The notes: generated by a model not told the origin, from the sequence alone. Positions 40,723 through 51,382 are shown, counted from the first letter of the stretch. The stretch is 64,000 nt of DNA from Bacillota bacterium (GCA_050952625.1 JBMNLH010000003.1:1-64000); one strand, 5' to 3'. A program made the numbers and translations.

Positions 40723-40750
40723 GTTCGACACCGACCGGTTTTTTCCTTCA
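40723..40750 (-). promoter_or_regulatory. Putative sigma-H promoter GAAGGAAAA-N11-GTCGAA
   Basis: Matches Firmicute SigH consensus; similar motifs upstream of MCP, PRC-barrel, degV and SLH genes. Confidence 0.5.
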
Positions 40751-40787
40751 GCAAAAACAAATTAGTTTCACAATTCACAAAACTAGC

Positions 40788-41336
40788 TCACTTAACCCAG
40801 CGTAGAATCTGTTTAAATTCGGGAGTGCCAGCAATGTGCATAAGGTCAAAAGTGACCAATTCAGTGCTGGTGATGACTACCCCCATTTCCCGCAGTAGGT
40901 TTATCGCTGTTTGACAGTTAAGGTCGGCTCGGGAATCAACGGCATCAGCTACCAAGTAACATTGATACCCCTCTCGCTGCAAATCGCGCACTGTTTGAAA
41001 AACGCAAACGTGGGCCTCAATCCCGGTCACAATTATTTGGTCCCTTCCCCGGCGTTTTAATTCCGCCAACAATTCTGGGGTTGCCGCTGTGAAAGTCATT
41101 TTTTCAAATTTAGCTAGATCCAATCCAGTAAGATCTACTGATTCCAAAGTTGGCCCTAACCCCCGGGGATTCTGTTCGGTTACGATCACCGGGAGATTTA
41201 AGGTGCGGGCTACTTGAAGCAATAAATTAGTTTGTTTTAAGAGCTGGTCCTGGTGAGCCATCGCCACAAATAATTTTTCCTGTAAATCAACGATTAGTAA
41301 TAAGGCCCGTTCCTTCTGAAGATAAAATTTATCCAT
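40788..41336 (-). CDS. Isochorismatase-family hydrolase
   Basis: VDLQEKL, TEQNPRGLGPT, GIEAHVCVFQT. Confidence 0.92.
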   Translation of the reverse strand: MDKFYLQKERALLLIVDLQEKLFVAMAHQDQLLKQTNLLLQVARTLNLPVIVTEQNPRGLGPTLESVDLTGLDLAKFEKMTFTAATPELLAELKRRGRDQIIVTGIEAHVCVFQTVRDLQREGYQCYLVADAVDSRADLNCQTAINLLREMGVVITSTELVTFDLMHIAGTPEFKQILRWVK

Positions 41337-41556
41337 TCTTAGCCACCTCTCATCTTTAATCTGGTTTATCTCGTCTTAATATACCATTGCTTTCTCTGTG
41401 TGCAAGATACCGAGGTATCTGATATTGCTCGGGAATTATCTTATGAACTTTCATAATCTTTCTTCTATTTTAAACTAGAAAGACACTGATGAAAAGCTAT
41501 ACCTTAAAATATGGTATACTGTAATTAGCCCGTGTGTTCGAATAGGAGGGATTCGC

Positions 41557-42429
41557 ATGCGTTATGAAGGAGCTATTTTTCGACCGCCCAGTGAAGCCGG
41601 CAGCCTGCTGATCCAGGCAACCATTGGCTGTCCCCACAACAGATGTACCTTTTGCGGGTTGTATAAAAAAAAGAAATTCCGCATCCGTCCGGTGGCTGAA
41701 ATTAAAGAAGACCTCTGGATGGCACGTGACACTTACGGCAACGGAATCAGGACTATCTTTTTTCCCGATGGCAATTCGATAGTTTTGAAAACAGCTGAAT
41801 TGATCGAGATCTTTGAGTTTGCCCAGCAGCTTTTCCCTCATCTCGAAAGAATAACCATCTATGGCTCAGCCAGATTCCTCCTCAGGAAATCGCTTGACGA
41901 CTTAAAAGCCCTGCGGCAGGCTGGCCTTGGCCGAATTCATTCCGGCATGGAGTCAGGCGACGACGAGGTGCTGCGCCGAATTCAAAAAGGGGCGACCGCT
42001 GACCAAATTATTGAAGCCGGCTGTCGAGTCAAAGAAGCGGGGATTGAATTAAGCGAATACCTGTTGATTGGCATTGGCGGCCGAGAACTTTCTCAGCAGC
42101 ACGCGCTGGGAAGTGCCCGAGTCCTCAATGCGATCGATCCTGATTTTATTAGAGTGCGCACTTATACCCCGGTTCCCAAAACGCCTTTGGGCCAAGAATA
42201 TCTGGCCGGGAGCTTTCAACTTCCCAGCCCCCACGAAGCAATTAAAGAACTCCGTTTAATTCTGGAAAACCTCAAGACCACCGGCCTCTTCCTGAGTGAC
42301 CACATTTCCAATTATGCCAACATTAACGGAAAATTACCAGAGGATAAAGAAAAGATGCTGCAAATACTTGATTATGCCCTGACTATTGATGAATCAAAGT
42401 TTCCGAGCCAGGATTATCGATACATGTAG
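41557..42429 (+). CDS. Radical SAM protein
   Basis: CPHNRCTFC; GMESG; SDHISNY. Confidence 0.92.
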   Translation: MRYEGAIFRPPSEAGSLLIQATIGCPHNRCTFCGLYKKKKFRIRPVAEIKEDLWMARDTYGNGIRTIFFPDGNSIVLKTAELIEIFEFAQQLFPHLERITIYGSARFLLRKSLDDLKALRQAGLGRIHSGMESGDDEVLRRIQKGATADQIIEAGCRVKEAGIELSEYLLIGIGGRELSQQHALGSARVLNAIDPDFIRVRTYTPVPKTPLGQEYLAGSFQLPSPHEAIKELRLILENLKTTGLFLSDHISNYANINGKLPEDKEKMLQILDYALTIDESKFPSQDYRYM

Positions 42430-42440
42430 GAGGAATCGGC

Positions 42441-42761
42441 GTGGAATTGCGCGAAATGCAGCAAAAAGTGGATGATTGGGTTAGCCAATTTGCCGAAGGT
42501 TATTGGCACCCGTTGGCGCAGATGACTAAGCTAACCGAAGAGGTCGGAGAATTAGCTAGAGAAATCAATCATTACTACGGAGAAAAGCCCAAAAAACCAG
42601 GCGAACCAGAGAGCAGCATCGCCCTGGAGTTAGGGGATATCCTTTTTGTTTTAGGCTGTTTCGCTAATTCACTGAACATTGATTTGGAGAAAGCATTTAC
42701 CAGCGTGCTGGAAAAATACCGCACCCGAGACGCCAATCGCTGGACGCCGATTAATAAGTGA
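42441..42761 (+). CDS. ypjD: MazG-like nucleotide pyrophosphohydrolase YpjD
   Basis: LTEEVGELAREINH.YGEKPKK, ELGD, RDANRW. Confidence 0.9.
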   Translation: MELREMQQKVDDWVSQFAEGYWHPLAQMTKLTEEVGELAREINHYYGEKPKKPGEPESSIALELGDILFVLGCFANSLNIDLEKAFTSVLEKYRTRDANRWTPINK

Positions 42762-42889
42762 ACTCGTCCAGCTTTGCACATTAGGGCTTCAGTGGAGACT
42801 CTACACTATTTGATTTTAAAATTTGATTATAAACAAGGTAACCCTACTTATTATATTATAGAAAAGTAGGGGGTTTGAACTTAGATAAA
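42758..42889 (-). repeat. Family A miniature element (degenerate)
   Basis: GTGAACTCGTCCAGC...AGATAAA homologous to other copies. Confidence 0.75.
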
Positions 42890-42916
42890 CTTCAACAAAT
42901 CTTCAACAAACTACTT

Positions 42917-43318
42917 CTATGGGTACTCAATCCACTGCCGGCCGTTCTCCTCTTTCAGATATTGACTTATCTGCCAAAAAGCAGCTCGCGTAAACTTGGC
43001 ATTGCAAACCGATTCGTTAAATAGAGTAAAATATGGTACATCATTTTGCCAAAATATCTCTCCGGCCGGTAGGTCGACTACTCGTTCATCGGATAACCGG
43101 GCTTTTAGTCCTTGACCATCATCAAAAACCCCATTGATGATAAACGGTACATCCTCAACCACGACCGGCACCTCTTGATTAAGCCAGCAAATATAGTACT
43201 GGTTATCCTTTAAGCGCAGATGTGACGAAAGCAACTTGACGATTTCCATGCGAAACATTTTTAAACCATTAAAGTACCAGGTGCCGTCATTGGCAATCCT
43301 GATTTCTTCCATCATCAC
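42917..43318 (-). CDS. DUF1285-like hypothetical protein
   Basis: IRIANDGTWYFNG..RMEIVKL, VEDVPF. Confidence 0.7.
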   Translation of the reverse strand: MMMEEIRIANDGTWYFNGLKMFRMEIVKLLSSHLRLKDNQYYICWLNQEVPVVVEDVPFIINGVFDDGQGLKARLSDERVVDLPAGEIFWQNDVPYFTLFNESVCNAKFTRAAFWQISQYLKEENGRQWIEYP

Positions 43319-43345
43319 TCAGATCCACACCTCCGTTGTTTACTC

Positions 43346-44128
43346 TTAATCTTCAACGCTAGATGTAAGCTCAATATATCTGGCTTGGGTTTTAATGCTG
43401 GCCAACAATTCGCTTGTCACCCTTTCGCCTGCCCGAGCCAGTACTTCACCCGTATCGGAAAAGATCGATCGGATAAGTTTTTTGCCGATGAGGTACTGAC
43501 GTTGCCGATATTCAAATATCTGGCTGCCTCGGTAATTGAGCGCAGATACTGGTGCATTTTCCTGATTCTGTTTAACCGATATTTGGTCCAATTCCTCTGG
43601 CTCAACAGGGGTCCGGACTATTAAATCATCTGCTCCCTCATCTACGACTAATACGTCCTTCCCAAAAGTCAAGATCCTCTCACAGGGAATAAAAATCAAG
43701 GCCTGATCATCTAAGGATGCTAATTCACACCCGGCAATTTGGCCGCTATCGATCTCAATAGCCATTTCGGCTACTGTCCCGATTAATCTACCTTTACGAG
43801 TATACACCCTGGTACCAATTACGCGGATTTTTTGATCTAAAAAGGGAACTACCTCTGATTCTTTAGTTAAAGGGCTAAGCATTGCTTTACTCTCAACAGT
43901 AATCGCATCCCGGCCAACTCCCAGAACCGATTTGTAGGGAAGTACTTGAGGAACTTCGTACCAGTCTCTGCCATTTAATAGCAAATACTCGATTCGACCC
44001 ATTTCAGGATTGATCACTAGTTGGCGAATAACCCCTACTTCCTGACCATCGAGAATAGTAATTACCGGCAGGCCAAGAATCTCTTCGGTTTTTCTCATCA
44101 TCAAAGGCAGACTCCTCTCCTGGGACAC
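43346..44128 (-). CDS. Tandem PRC-barrel protein (true start probably ~44104)
   Basis: ILGLPVITILDGQEVG, GVGRDAITV, second repeat IGTRVYTRKG. Confidence 0.85.
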   Translation of the reverse strand: MSQERSLPLMMRKTEEILGLPVITILDGQEVGVIRQLVINPEMGRIEYLLLNGRDWYEVPQVLPYKSVLGVGRDAITVESKAMLSPLTKESEVVPFLDQKIRVIGTRVYTRKGRLIGTVAEMAIEIDSGQIAGCELASLDDQALIFIPCERILTFGKDVLVVDEGADDLIVRTPVEPEELDQISVKQNQENAPVSALNYRGSQIFEYRQRQYLIGKKLIRSIFSDTGEVLARAGERVTSELLASIKTQARYIELTSSVED

Positions 44129-44428
44129 GGGGACAGGTTATACTGTCCCGGGCAGTCTACGATCTGAAAATACTAACGCTTATGTTTTATTTTGTTTTAT
44201 TTATATGTATGTTTTAACTCGGTCACTTCTCGCTGTTCTGGTAATTGGCCTAAAGCCATTGATATAGCCATACTAACTAATGTAGTTTCTTCTGTCCTTG
44301 AAAATTTCGACATGGAGAGGGGAATTCCTGCAATTAATGACTAACATTCTTGAGATGTTCATTTATTCGTTTATAATAAAGCAGACAGGATCAGCGAGCA
44401 AAACAATTAATTCCTGGGAGGAAGAAAC

Positions 44429-44710
44429 ATGGTTATTGGGGTATGCACAGCTGATTTATATCTGCCGACAACTCAATCCTTGAAAGACAAAAGAAGAATT
44501 ATTAAAAGTATAATTGAAAAAATACGCGCCAAATTTAATGTTTCGATATCCGAAGTTGACTATCAGGATCAGTGGGGAAAAGCAACGCTGGGCATAGCCA
44601 TCGTCACTACCGATTCAGCTTATGCCCAACAAGTATTAAACGCGGCCACCAAAATTATTGACCAAAACTCCGAAGCAGAAATCTATAATCTGTCAGTGGA
44701 AATACTCTAG
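44429..44710 (+). CDS. DUF503 (YlxP-like) protein
   Basis: SLKDKRRIIKS...KFNVSISEVD.QD. Confidence 0.9.
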   Translation: MVIGVCTADLYLPTTQSLKDKRRIIKSIIEKIRAKFNVSISEVDYQDQWGKATLGIAIVTTDSAYAQQVLNAATKIIDQNSEAEIYNLSVEIL

Positions 44711-44765
44711 TGATTCGCTCAATCGATTGTCATGTTCTGATAGTGCGACTTAGCGGCATTAGGGT

Positions 44766-45761
44766 CTACTGTGGGTTTTCGGATTTTGCCTGCGCGTCGA
44801 TAAAACTCCATAAACTCTTCCAGACCGTCTGATCAACTATGCCGGTTACCGGCAACTCCTGGGCGAGCTGGTATGTTTTGACCGCCTCCTCTGTAATATC
44901 GCCAAAGCGGCCATCTGCATCCCCTGAATAGACGCCAACCTGCTGCAGCAAAAACTGGAGGGCCACCACATCCTGGTTGGCTTGTCCTTTACGGAGTGTC
45001 GGAGGATTCTTCATTCGCGGCAACGGGCCAACGATTTTAACCAGAGTATTTGGCTGTACCCATTGGTACAGTAATTCCACATCCTTATTCAACATCCGAA
45101 TACAGCCATGAGAAGCATACGTTCCAATGGACCAAGGTTTATTAGTGCCATGAATACCGTAAGTCCCCCACGGTACGTTCAGACCCATCCAGCGGGTACC
45201 AAATCCACTTCCCCAATGAACCGCCTTCCGCACAATCCGCCATTCCCCAATTGGGCTGGGGGTCGACTTTTTACCGACCGCTACCGGAAAGGTCCGAAAG
45301 GGAACCCCATCAGCATAAACGGTCAATCGTCGGCTCGGCACATCCACAGTCAGCGTAATGTGACCGGTTGGGGCACCTGGATTGGTCGAAACTTCCTGTT
45401 CATATGTTTGGGCCAACACCCGCCAGGTCTCGTCGTCAACCACTTCGTCTGAGGTTAAATCGTTGTTTGATTTGAATTCTTTCACCGTCTCCGCCATTTC
45501 CCGGTCAAAGACCCCGTCATCCGGACCTTGATAATAACCCAGTTCAGCTAATCTGATTTGTAAGCCAACTACATCCAAATCCTTCACTGGCGGGTCCTGT
45601 AAAGTAAGCAGCGGACAAGAATCTACTTCCCCGCAAAATCCCTCTTGGCTGGTCACCGCTCCGGCTATTTCTTTATTGAAGTCGAGCGTTAAGAAACAAG
45701 CGGCAATCAAGATAGCCACCAAGACAAAAATACTGTATCTAGTTGCTTTCACCAGGTCCAC
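44766..45761 (-). CDS. L,D-transpeptidase (YkuD) with two peptidoglycan-binding domains
   Basis: YGIHGT...SHGCIRM; PG-binding repeats DGVFD/DGRFG. Confidence 0.93.
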   Translation of the reverse strand: MDLVKATRYSIFVLVAILIAACFLTLDFNKEIAGAVTSQEGFCGEVDSCPLLTLQDPPVKDLDVVGLQIRLAELGYYQGPDDGVFDREMAETVKEFKSNNDLTSDEVVDDETWRVLAQTYEQEVSTNPGAPTGHITLTVDVPSRRLTVYADGVPFRTFPVAVGKKSTPSPIGEWRIVRKAVHWGSGFGTRWMGLNVPWGTYGIHGTNKPWSIGTYASHGCIRMLNKDVELLYQWVQPNTLVKIVGPLPRMKNPPTLRKGQANQDVVALQFLLQQVGVYSGDADGRFGDITEEAVKTYQLAQELPVTGIVDQTVWKSLWSFIDAQAKSENPQ

Positions 45762-45855
45762 TCCTTCTCGAACGTTCTTCTCAATATGCGGTATTTTTCC
45801 CCGTTCGCCGCTGACAAATGAATGGTAAATACGTCCTCGGGCAGAAGTACCTGGA

Positions 45856-45954
45856 TTAGATAAACCCGCCAGAGAGAATGGCTAATAAATAGTAAATAAA
45901 GAATAAAATCCGTTTTAAAGCCCAGCCCGCTTTTTGCAAAATTTCTTTCACCAT
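45856..45954 (-). CDS. Putative 32-aa membrane peptide MVKEILQKAGWALKRILFFIYYLLAILSGGFI
   Basis: Short ORF below track cutoff, weak SD, single hydrophobic helix. Confidence 0.4.
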   Translation of the reverse strand: MVKEILQKAGWALKRILFFIYYLLAILSGGFI

Positions 45955-46250
45955 TATTTGATTGCACTCACTCTCAATTATTTCAGCCATATATTAATAT
46001 GATTAATTGGGCAAATTTCAATTTTTGGACATGATTGTGAAAAACATGTTTTGTCCATCCTTGTTGCAGCTGCTGATTTTAATAACCATATGTTCGCATC
46101 GAATGGAAATAAGGTTATTAAGATAGTAACTTTCCATCTAAGAATAGTAGATTTTCATCAAAGATTGAAGGGGTAACATAAAATCGCCACCCCTTCATCC
46201 GGTTTCAAATTCTCTCATTCTTATTAACAAAGCCTAAAAACGGGTGCCAA

Positions 46251-46365
46251 GTGAACCGTTCAGCTTCGCTGAACATGAGGCTTCAGATGGAGACACTACT
46301 CCACCTGAAGTTTAAACAAGGTAACCCCCACTTAATAGAAGTGGGAGTCTTGTGATTCAGATAAA
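46251..46365 (-). repeat. Family A miniature element (well preserved)
   Basis: Three hairpins; TTTAT left flank, GTTCAC right end. Confidence 0.9.
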
Positions 46366-46370
46366 AAATG

Positions 46371-47237
46371 TTAGACCTCATAGATGGCTAAGCCCACCAG
46401 TCCCGGACCGGTATGAACACCCAGGGCTGGACTTATTTGCGATAGGGTCACCTTGCGCAGATTAGGCAATGACGCTCTTAGTTTGACCAATATCTCTTCT
46501 GCTTCCTTACTGGCCCCACCGTGCATGACCGCCAGATCGACCACCTTTTCCCCGATCCGTTCGCGGGCAATATCCACTAACTTCTGCAACGAAGCCTTCC
46601 GTCCCCGGACCTTGGCAAAGGTAAAGTATTTACCTTCACGATTGACTGAGATTATTGGTTTAATATTCAGGAATTCACCGATGGTCCCCTCGACCAAACC
46701 AATCCGGCCTCCCTTTCTGAGATAATCAAGGGTAGGGATAACGTAGAAGACCTGAACCTTTTCTCGAACATGTTGCAGATGTTTGGTTATTTCCTTCAGC
46801 TTCAAGTTACGCTTTATCTGCTCCGCTGCCTCACACACCTGAAACCCAAGACCCATCGACAAAGTCAAGGAATCAATCACCTCCACCCAGAGATGCTCTG
46901 CTTGCTGACTGATCGTCTTGAACATATCATGGGTCCCGCTTAATCCGCTGGAGATTAAGACTGCCAAGACTTCGCGAAATCCCTCGGCTTTTAGTTTTTC
47001 TAACAATTCAACTACTTCTCCGGCCGAGGGCATTGAAGTCCGCGGGATTTCCGCCGGCATCCGAGCGTAAACCGTTTCTGGTTCGATATCAACCCGATCC
47101 CGATACTCCTCGTTGGGGTAAACAATCTTTAGGGGTAGGATCCTGATGTCGTTTTCCTTAATAATATCATCCGGTAAATCACAGGAACTATCTGTGATCA
47201 GGGCTATTCGATTTGGGACCTGCTTACTGTTTTCCAC
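46371..47237 (-). CDS. DegV-family fatty-acid binding protein
   Basis: ITDSSCDL, PRTSMPS, ISSGLSGT, LRKGGRIG, VHTGPG. Confidence 0.95.
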   Translation of the reverse strand: MENSKQVPNRIALITDSSCDLPDDIIKENDIRILPLKIVYPNEEYRDRVDIEPETVYARMPAEIPRTSMPSAGEVVELLEKLKAEGFREVLAVLISSGLSGTHDMFKTISQQAEHLWVEVIDSLTLSMGLGFQVCEAAEQIKRNLKLKEITKHLQHVREKVQVFYVIPTLDYLRKGGRIGLVEGTIGEFLNIKPIISVNREGKYFTFAKVRGRKASLQKLVDIARERIGEKVVDLAVMHGGASKEAEEILVKLRASLPNLRKVTLSQISPALGVHTGPGLVGLAIYEV

Positions 47238-47547
47238 CTTATTAATGCCTCCATAATATTAATATTAGGTTGTAATTTAACGTTAACCGTTGCAACGGTT
47301 AAGATTCGCTATTCATAAAAAATCTCCTGTTGAAATTTTAAAATACAGGAGAAATTTCTCGATTTTTCGTATTATTTTGTTTGTCGTCTATCTGTCTGCT
47401 ATAATTAAGACAATTTCAAACTAGGCAACCCCCACTGATAGAAGTAGGGGGCTTTCGAGCTCAGATAGTAGATGCCAGTCGTTAATCGCCGATTTTTGTT
47501 TACACACGGCGTGATCTTGTTTTTTGTTTTTACTGGAGGTAGTTGCC

Positions 47548-48126
47548 GTGATTTCGACCCGAACGCTCACTCGGACTGCGTTGTTTTTGGCTTTAACCCT
47601 GGCCATTCAACTTCTTCGTTTTCCTCAGCCAATTACCGGGCCCGCAATTAATGCTCTGTTATTATTGGCTGCCTTAATGATCGGTCCCTGGCCGGCGGTC
47701 CTCATTGGCTGTCTAACACCGGGAGTGGCCTTGCTGGTCGGTATCATTCCCCCGATTGTCAGTCCTCTGGTCCCTTTTATTATGCTGGCTAATGCGATTC
47801 TGATTCTAGTTTTTTACGGAATTAGCCAGGCTATTAACCCGACTCGGGGATCCTTTTACCTATCAAGTCAGTTTCGGTCCGGCCGACGCCCAGCAGTTGC
47901 CTTGTATAGCGGAATCGGGTTAGCGGCCCTAGCTAAATTTGGCTTTCTCTACCTGATCACTCAATTTGCCGTTCAATGGTTTTATCAGCTCGGCTGGATA
48001 AAAGCAGCAATCCCTAGTCAGGCCTTGCTCACCTTCCAGCTCCCCCAACTGTATACTGCTCTAGTTGGCGGGATTCTAGCGGTCACTCTTTATCGCTACC
48101 TGCTTCCTCAAAGATACAAACGATAA
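47548..48126 (+). CDS. ECF transporter S-component (substrate unknown)
   Basis: TRTALFLAL..., ITGPAINA.L, PFIMLAN, PQLYTALVGG; multi-TM. Confidence 0.8.
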   Translation: MISTRTLTRTALFLALTLAIQLLRFPQPITGPAINALLLLAALMIGPWPAVLIGCLTPGVALLVGIIPPIVSPLVPFIMLANAILILVFYGISQAINPTRGSFYLSSQFRSGRRPAVALYSGIGLAALAKFGFLYLITQFAVQWFYQLGWIKAAIPSQALLTFQLPQLYTALVGGILAVTLYRYLLPQRYKR

Positions 48127-48611
48127 TTCGGGCTATTCTGCGGAAATTCGGGCCGCAGGTGAAGCAGTCGGTGCGATCCATCTAAGACCTCCCCAATAAT
48201 CGCTTTGGCTAATGGGGTAGCCACAGGGTTGTTCAACACTTCTTCCCGAGTAAAAAAATCAGCCGCAGCGATCTCCCCGGGCCGAGGGGCAACTGTGCCG
48301 GAAATAAAGTGCATCAAAAATACGACATATGTTTCCACCCGGGAATCCGGCAGAATCAGGCTTCTTACAGCTACGACGCCCTGGGCAGTGGCGGTAATAT
48401 TGGTTTCCTCCAGGACCTCGCGCTCCACGGCTGCGTCCAGGTTTTCCCCAACGTCAACATGTCCCCCGGGCAGCAGCCAGCAGCCTTTTAAATGGCCATA
48501 GTTATGCTTAACCATTAACACGCGCCCCTCTTGAATTACCAAACCACCTACCCCGAGCACGTGATAGGCCCGATTCTTATTAGCTCCTTCAGTCAATTGA
48601 TCAACCCTCAC
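48108..48611 (-). CDS. Nudix hydrolase
   Basis: Nudix box PGGHVDVGENLDAAVEREVLEETN. Confidence 0.93.
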   Translation of the reverse strand: MRVDQLTEGANKNRAYHVLGVGGLVIQEGRVLMVKHNYGHLKGCWLLPGGHVDVGENLDAAVEREVLEETNITATAQGVVAVRSLILPDSRVETYVVFLMHFISGTVAPRPGEIAAADFFTREEVLNNPVATPLAKAIIGEVLDGSHRLLHLRPEFPQNSPNYRLYL

Positions 48612-48752
48612 TTATTAGCTATTAGTTATTTCTGATTATCAGGACCGACTCCCGCTTCTATAAGTGGGTTTACCTTATTATAAACTCCAGACTAGAGTTG
48701 GAATACAAAGACAGTTTCTAAGACAACTGATCAAGCGTTACTTCCATATATT

Positions 48753-49505
48753 TTAACTCATTAATTTTAAGCCTAAACCTACCGCTACGGACAACAGAAA
48801 GCTGGCTGCGGTCCGGGTCAAAAAGAACCGGAGCGACATCCAGTTTCGCCAACTTACATAATGCACAATAAAAGGCAAGCTAAAACCAAGTAAAAGCAAA
48901 GGGAGATTACTGAACCAGACACCAGTAGTAATTAACCCTCTTTCGGCAATTCCTGCCCATTTCTCTAACGGAGACAGCCAAAGCCCGCTCCCCGGCGATC
49001 CAACCCGGCTTACGGTAAATGTTTGAACCCAGATTACGCCAAAAAATAGACTGATAACATAGGCCAAAGCAACTGCAATCGCCTTTGGATCCAAGTATAA
49101 CCGAACCAGACTATCAAATATGTAAGTCCCCGACAGCCAGGGCGACCAATCTTTTTGATTCAATTCTGGAAAACCGGCCCAATAAGCCAATAGTACAAGC
49201 AGCCCTAAATGAATCCCTTGATCCAATAAAAAAGCACTGATCGGAAACCCAGGCTTTTTCCGGGTAATCACAATCTTCGCCTGATCAATAGCCCCGTGTA
49301 AAACGGTAACAACGGCCACTCCGGCGATAACCGCCAACCCATAAGGCCAGATTAACAGCATAGTGATACCGCCCACCAAGCCGGCATGCAGAGCAACCCC
49401 CGGCCAGCCCCGAATTTTGGCGGCAAAGACATGATTAGTTTGTAAAGGAAAATCTCCCAAAAAATGGCCTAGTAACAAGCATAATAATAGATGCATAGGT
49501 TCCAT
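48753..49505 (-). CDS. DUF3307 membrane protein
   Basis: GHFLGDFPLQT, H..ID..K, FLLDQGIH, GIAER. Confidence 0.85.
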   Translation of the reverse strand: MEPMHLLLCLLLGHFLGDFPLQTNHVFAAKIRGWPGVALHAGLVGGITMLLIWPYGLAVIAGVAVVTVLHGAIDQAKIVITRKKPGFPISAFLLDQGIHLGLLVLLAYWAGFPELNQKDWSPWLSGTYIFDSLVRLYLDPKAIAVALAYVISLFFGVIWVQTFTVSRVGSPGSGLWLSPLEKWAGIAERGLITTGVWFSNLPLLLLGFSLPFIVHYVSWRNWMSLRFFLTRTAASFLLSVAVGLGLKLMS

Positions 49506-49736
49506 CCTAAAATCCTAAATAAGATATTACGAAAGATAACGAAGTTAACGATTTATGATTTGTCTTATAATTCTTTCATTCCTGTTGGCCTACTGCCCGA
49601 GTTAAAACACCAGCGTCTTTATTTATTCGAATAACAGGATAAAGTTTTTCAATTAATTAAAAAGTAAGCCTCCTCACAAAGCGACGATTTATTCCATAAA
49701 TTTAACCAACGGTCCAGTCTTACCAAGCACTGGCAC

Positions 49737-51161
49737 TTATGCCGGATAGAGAAGCTCAAGATGATAATAAACGACAAACCGGTGCTTACTGGCATTTAAT
49801 TCTCCCAGCATCAAAAAATAACGACCTTTTTGCGGCAAACGGCTGGTCTGATTAAATATCATTCCGGTCCCGTCGGAAACCAGGGTTATTGGTTGAGGAT
49901 TTGATTCGCCGATTCCCGGGCCGGTAAGCCATATGCCGAATTGGCTTCCGTTTGATGGCGGACTGGATAGCCGCCCTCTGACCACCAGGTTTGGTTCGCT
50001 CAGCACCAGGGTGTCCAGAAAGTTGAGCCCTAACTCTGTGGCTAAAATTCGGTGCTCAGAAGCAGCAGCGTCACCAGGTTCGGTTAACAAGAGCTGCTCT
50101 AGTTCCAGCGGTTTGGCTGGTTGACGTTCAGCCACGTTGCTGATAAAGTGACGCAATTGATTAGCTAAACTATCCAGCTGCCTCGGATCTCCAAAACACC
50201 CCCGGTGTCCTTCTTTTAATACCAGACCCCGACCGTAGAGCATTTTAAAATCCTCGGCAAAGTTCTCTTCAGTCAGTTCGGCCCATGCACCCGTATCGAC
50301 AAAAGAATCCCTTCCCCGTATCTTCAGGTAGTCAGTCCATACAGCCGGGTTGGCGGCATAATCACCGATAAACTGTTGGTGAAGATAGTGGCCAAATTCA
50401 TGGACCAAAGTGGCGGCAGTTTCGTAATCATCGGCTGAGTCTTCCCCTCGAGCAGAAATAAATGCCCGTTCTTCTTGCAAGGGTAAACCGGCACTATACG
50501 AAAAACCGCGGACTTCCTTAAGCCGGTAAGGCAACAGGAAAACTCGGTAGTTTTGAAAAACCTGATCCGGTAACTTAATTTGATCCAGGACCTGTCTGGT
50601 TTCAACTACTGTCACGTACTGATCCGGCTGAGCGGTAACCATTTCCGAAAAGCCGGCCGCATCCCCCAGGTGATAGTATATTCTATCCAGAGCCGGGTAG
50701 AGATCAGCCACCTTTTTCCCCTTGAGTTGGCCGTCCATGGTGGCGCGAAGAAAATTTTCTCTGGCCGTTCGGGCCAGACCTAAGACGTGAAGCTGACCGG
50801 ATGAGACCGCATCATAAATCAAATAACCGCGCTGAGGATCCTGATAGTCAGGTGTAGTCAGCCGGCTTTGTAGTTGCTGGTTAATCTCTGCCCATTCTGC
50901 CGCGACTAGCCTAACGGCTAAAGCCGGCTCTCGCTGATACTGGTTTAATCGAGTGGCTAACCGATGATAATCTAAAGTGTACCAGTCATTAAAAGACGCT
51001 GACGGGTAACCAGGAATAGAAATATTCTCATTTTTAATCGGCTCACTTATTCCTTCAGCTAACTTGGCCCAAGCCGGCTCTAGCCCAACCCCCAACAAAC
51101 ACACTAGGACCAGCAGGATCCTGAAGATACCTTTCAATCCATTATCCATCACCCTTATCAC
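49737..51161 (-). CDS. Secreted putative zincin metalloprotease
   Basis: Signal peptide; HEFGH and downstream EENFAEDF. Confidence 0.65.
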   Translation of the reverse strand: MIRVMDNGLKGIFRILLVLVCLLGVGLEPAWAKLAEGISEPIKNENISIPGYPSASFNDWYTLDYHRLATRLNQYQREPALAVRLVAAEWAEINQQLQSRLTTPDYQDPQRGYLIYDAVSSGQLHVLGLARTARENFLRATMDGQLKGKKVADLYPALDRIYYHLGDAAGFSEMVTAQPDQYVTVVETRQVLDQIKLPDQVFQNYRVFLLPYRLKEVRGFSYSAGLPLQEERAFISARGEDSADDYETAATLVHEFGHYLHQQFIGDYAANPAVWTDYLKIRGRDSFVDTGAWAELTEENFAEDFKMLYGRGLVLKEGHRGCFGDPRQLDSLANQLRHFISNVAERQPAKPLELEQLLLTEPGDAAASEHRILATELGLNFLDTLVLSEPNLVVRGRLSSPPSNGSQFGIWLTGPGIGESNPQPITLVSDGTGMIFNQTSRLPQKGRYFLMLGELNASKHRFVVYYHLELLYPA

Positions 51162-51363
51162 CTGCCTAGGATATTTCTCCCCTCGACCCGTGATCTCCTG
51201 CTCTTAGATAGAAATCCCGCTTTTTAGCTGATTTTGTTTGACCGCTTGTGAAATTCGTGGCCGCTCACTCCATTTCGGATAACCTAAGTTTGCCGGAGTA
51301 ATTGATAGCTGGCAATAGGTTTATGCAACCGGCAGACCGGAAATATAATTAAACTAACCTCCT

Positions 51364-51382
51364 CTTGACTTTCCCTGACCTT
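51364..51382. promoter_or_regulatory. CtsR-box-like direct repeat over the hsp20 -35
   Basis: CTTGACT-ttc-CCTGACC resembles the reverse of RGTCAAA-N3-RGTCAAA. Confidence 0.45.

Noticed and set aside
47421-47480. Possible riboswitch upstream of the ECF S-component
   Set aside because: The hairpin is a truncated family A repeat in reverse orientation; no aptamer consensus recognised
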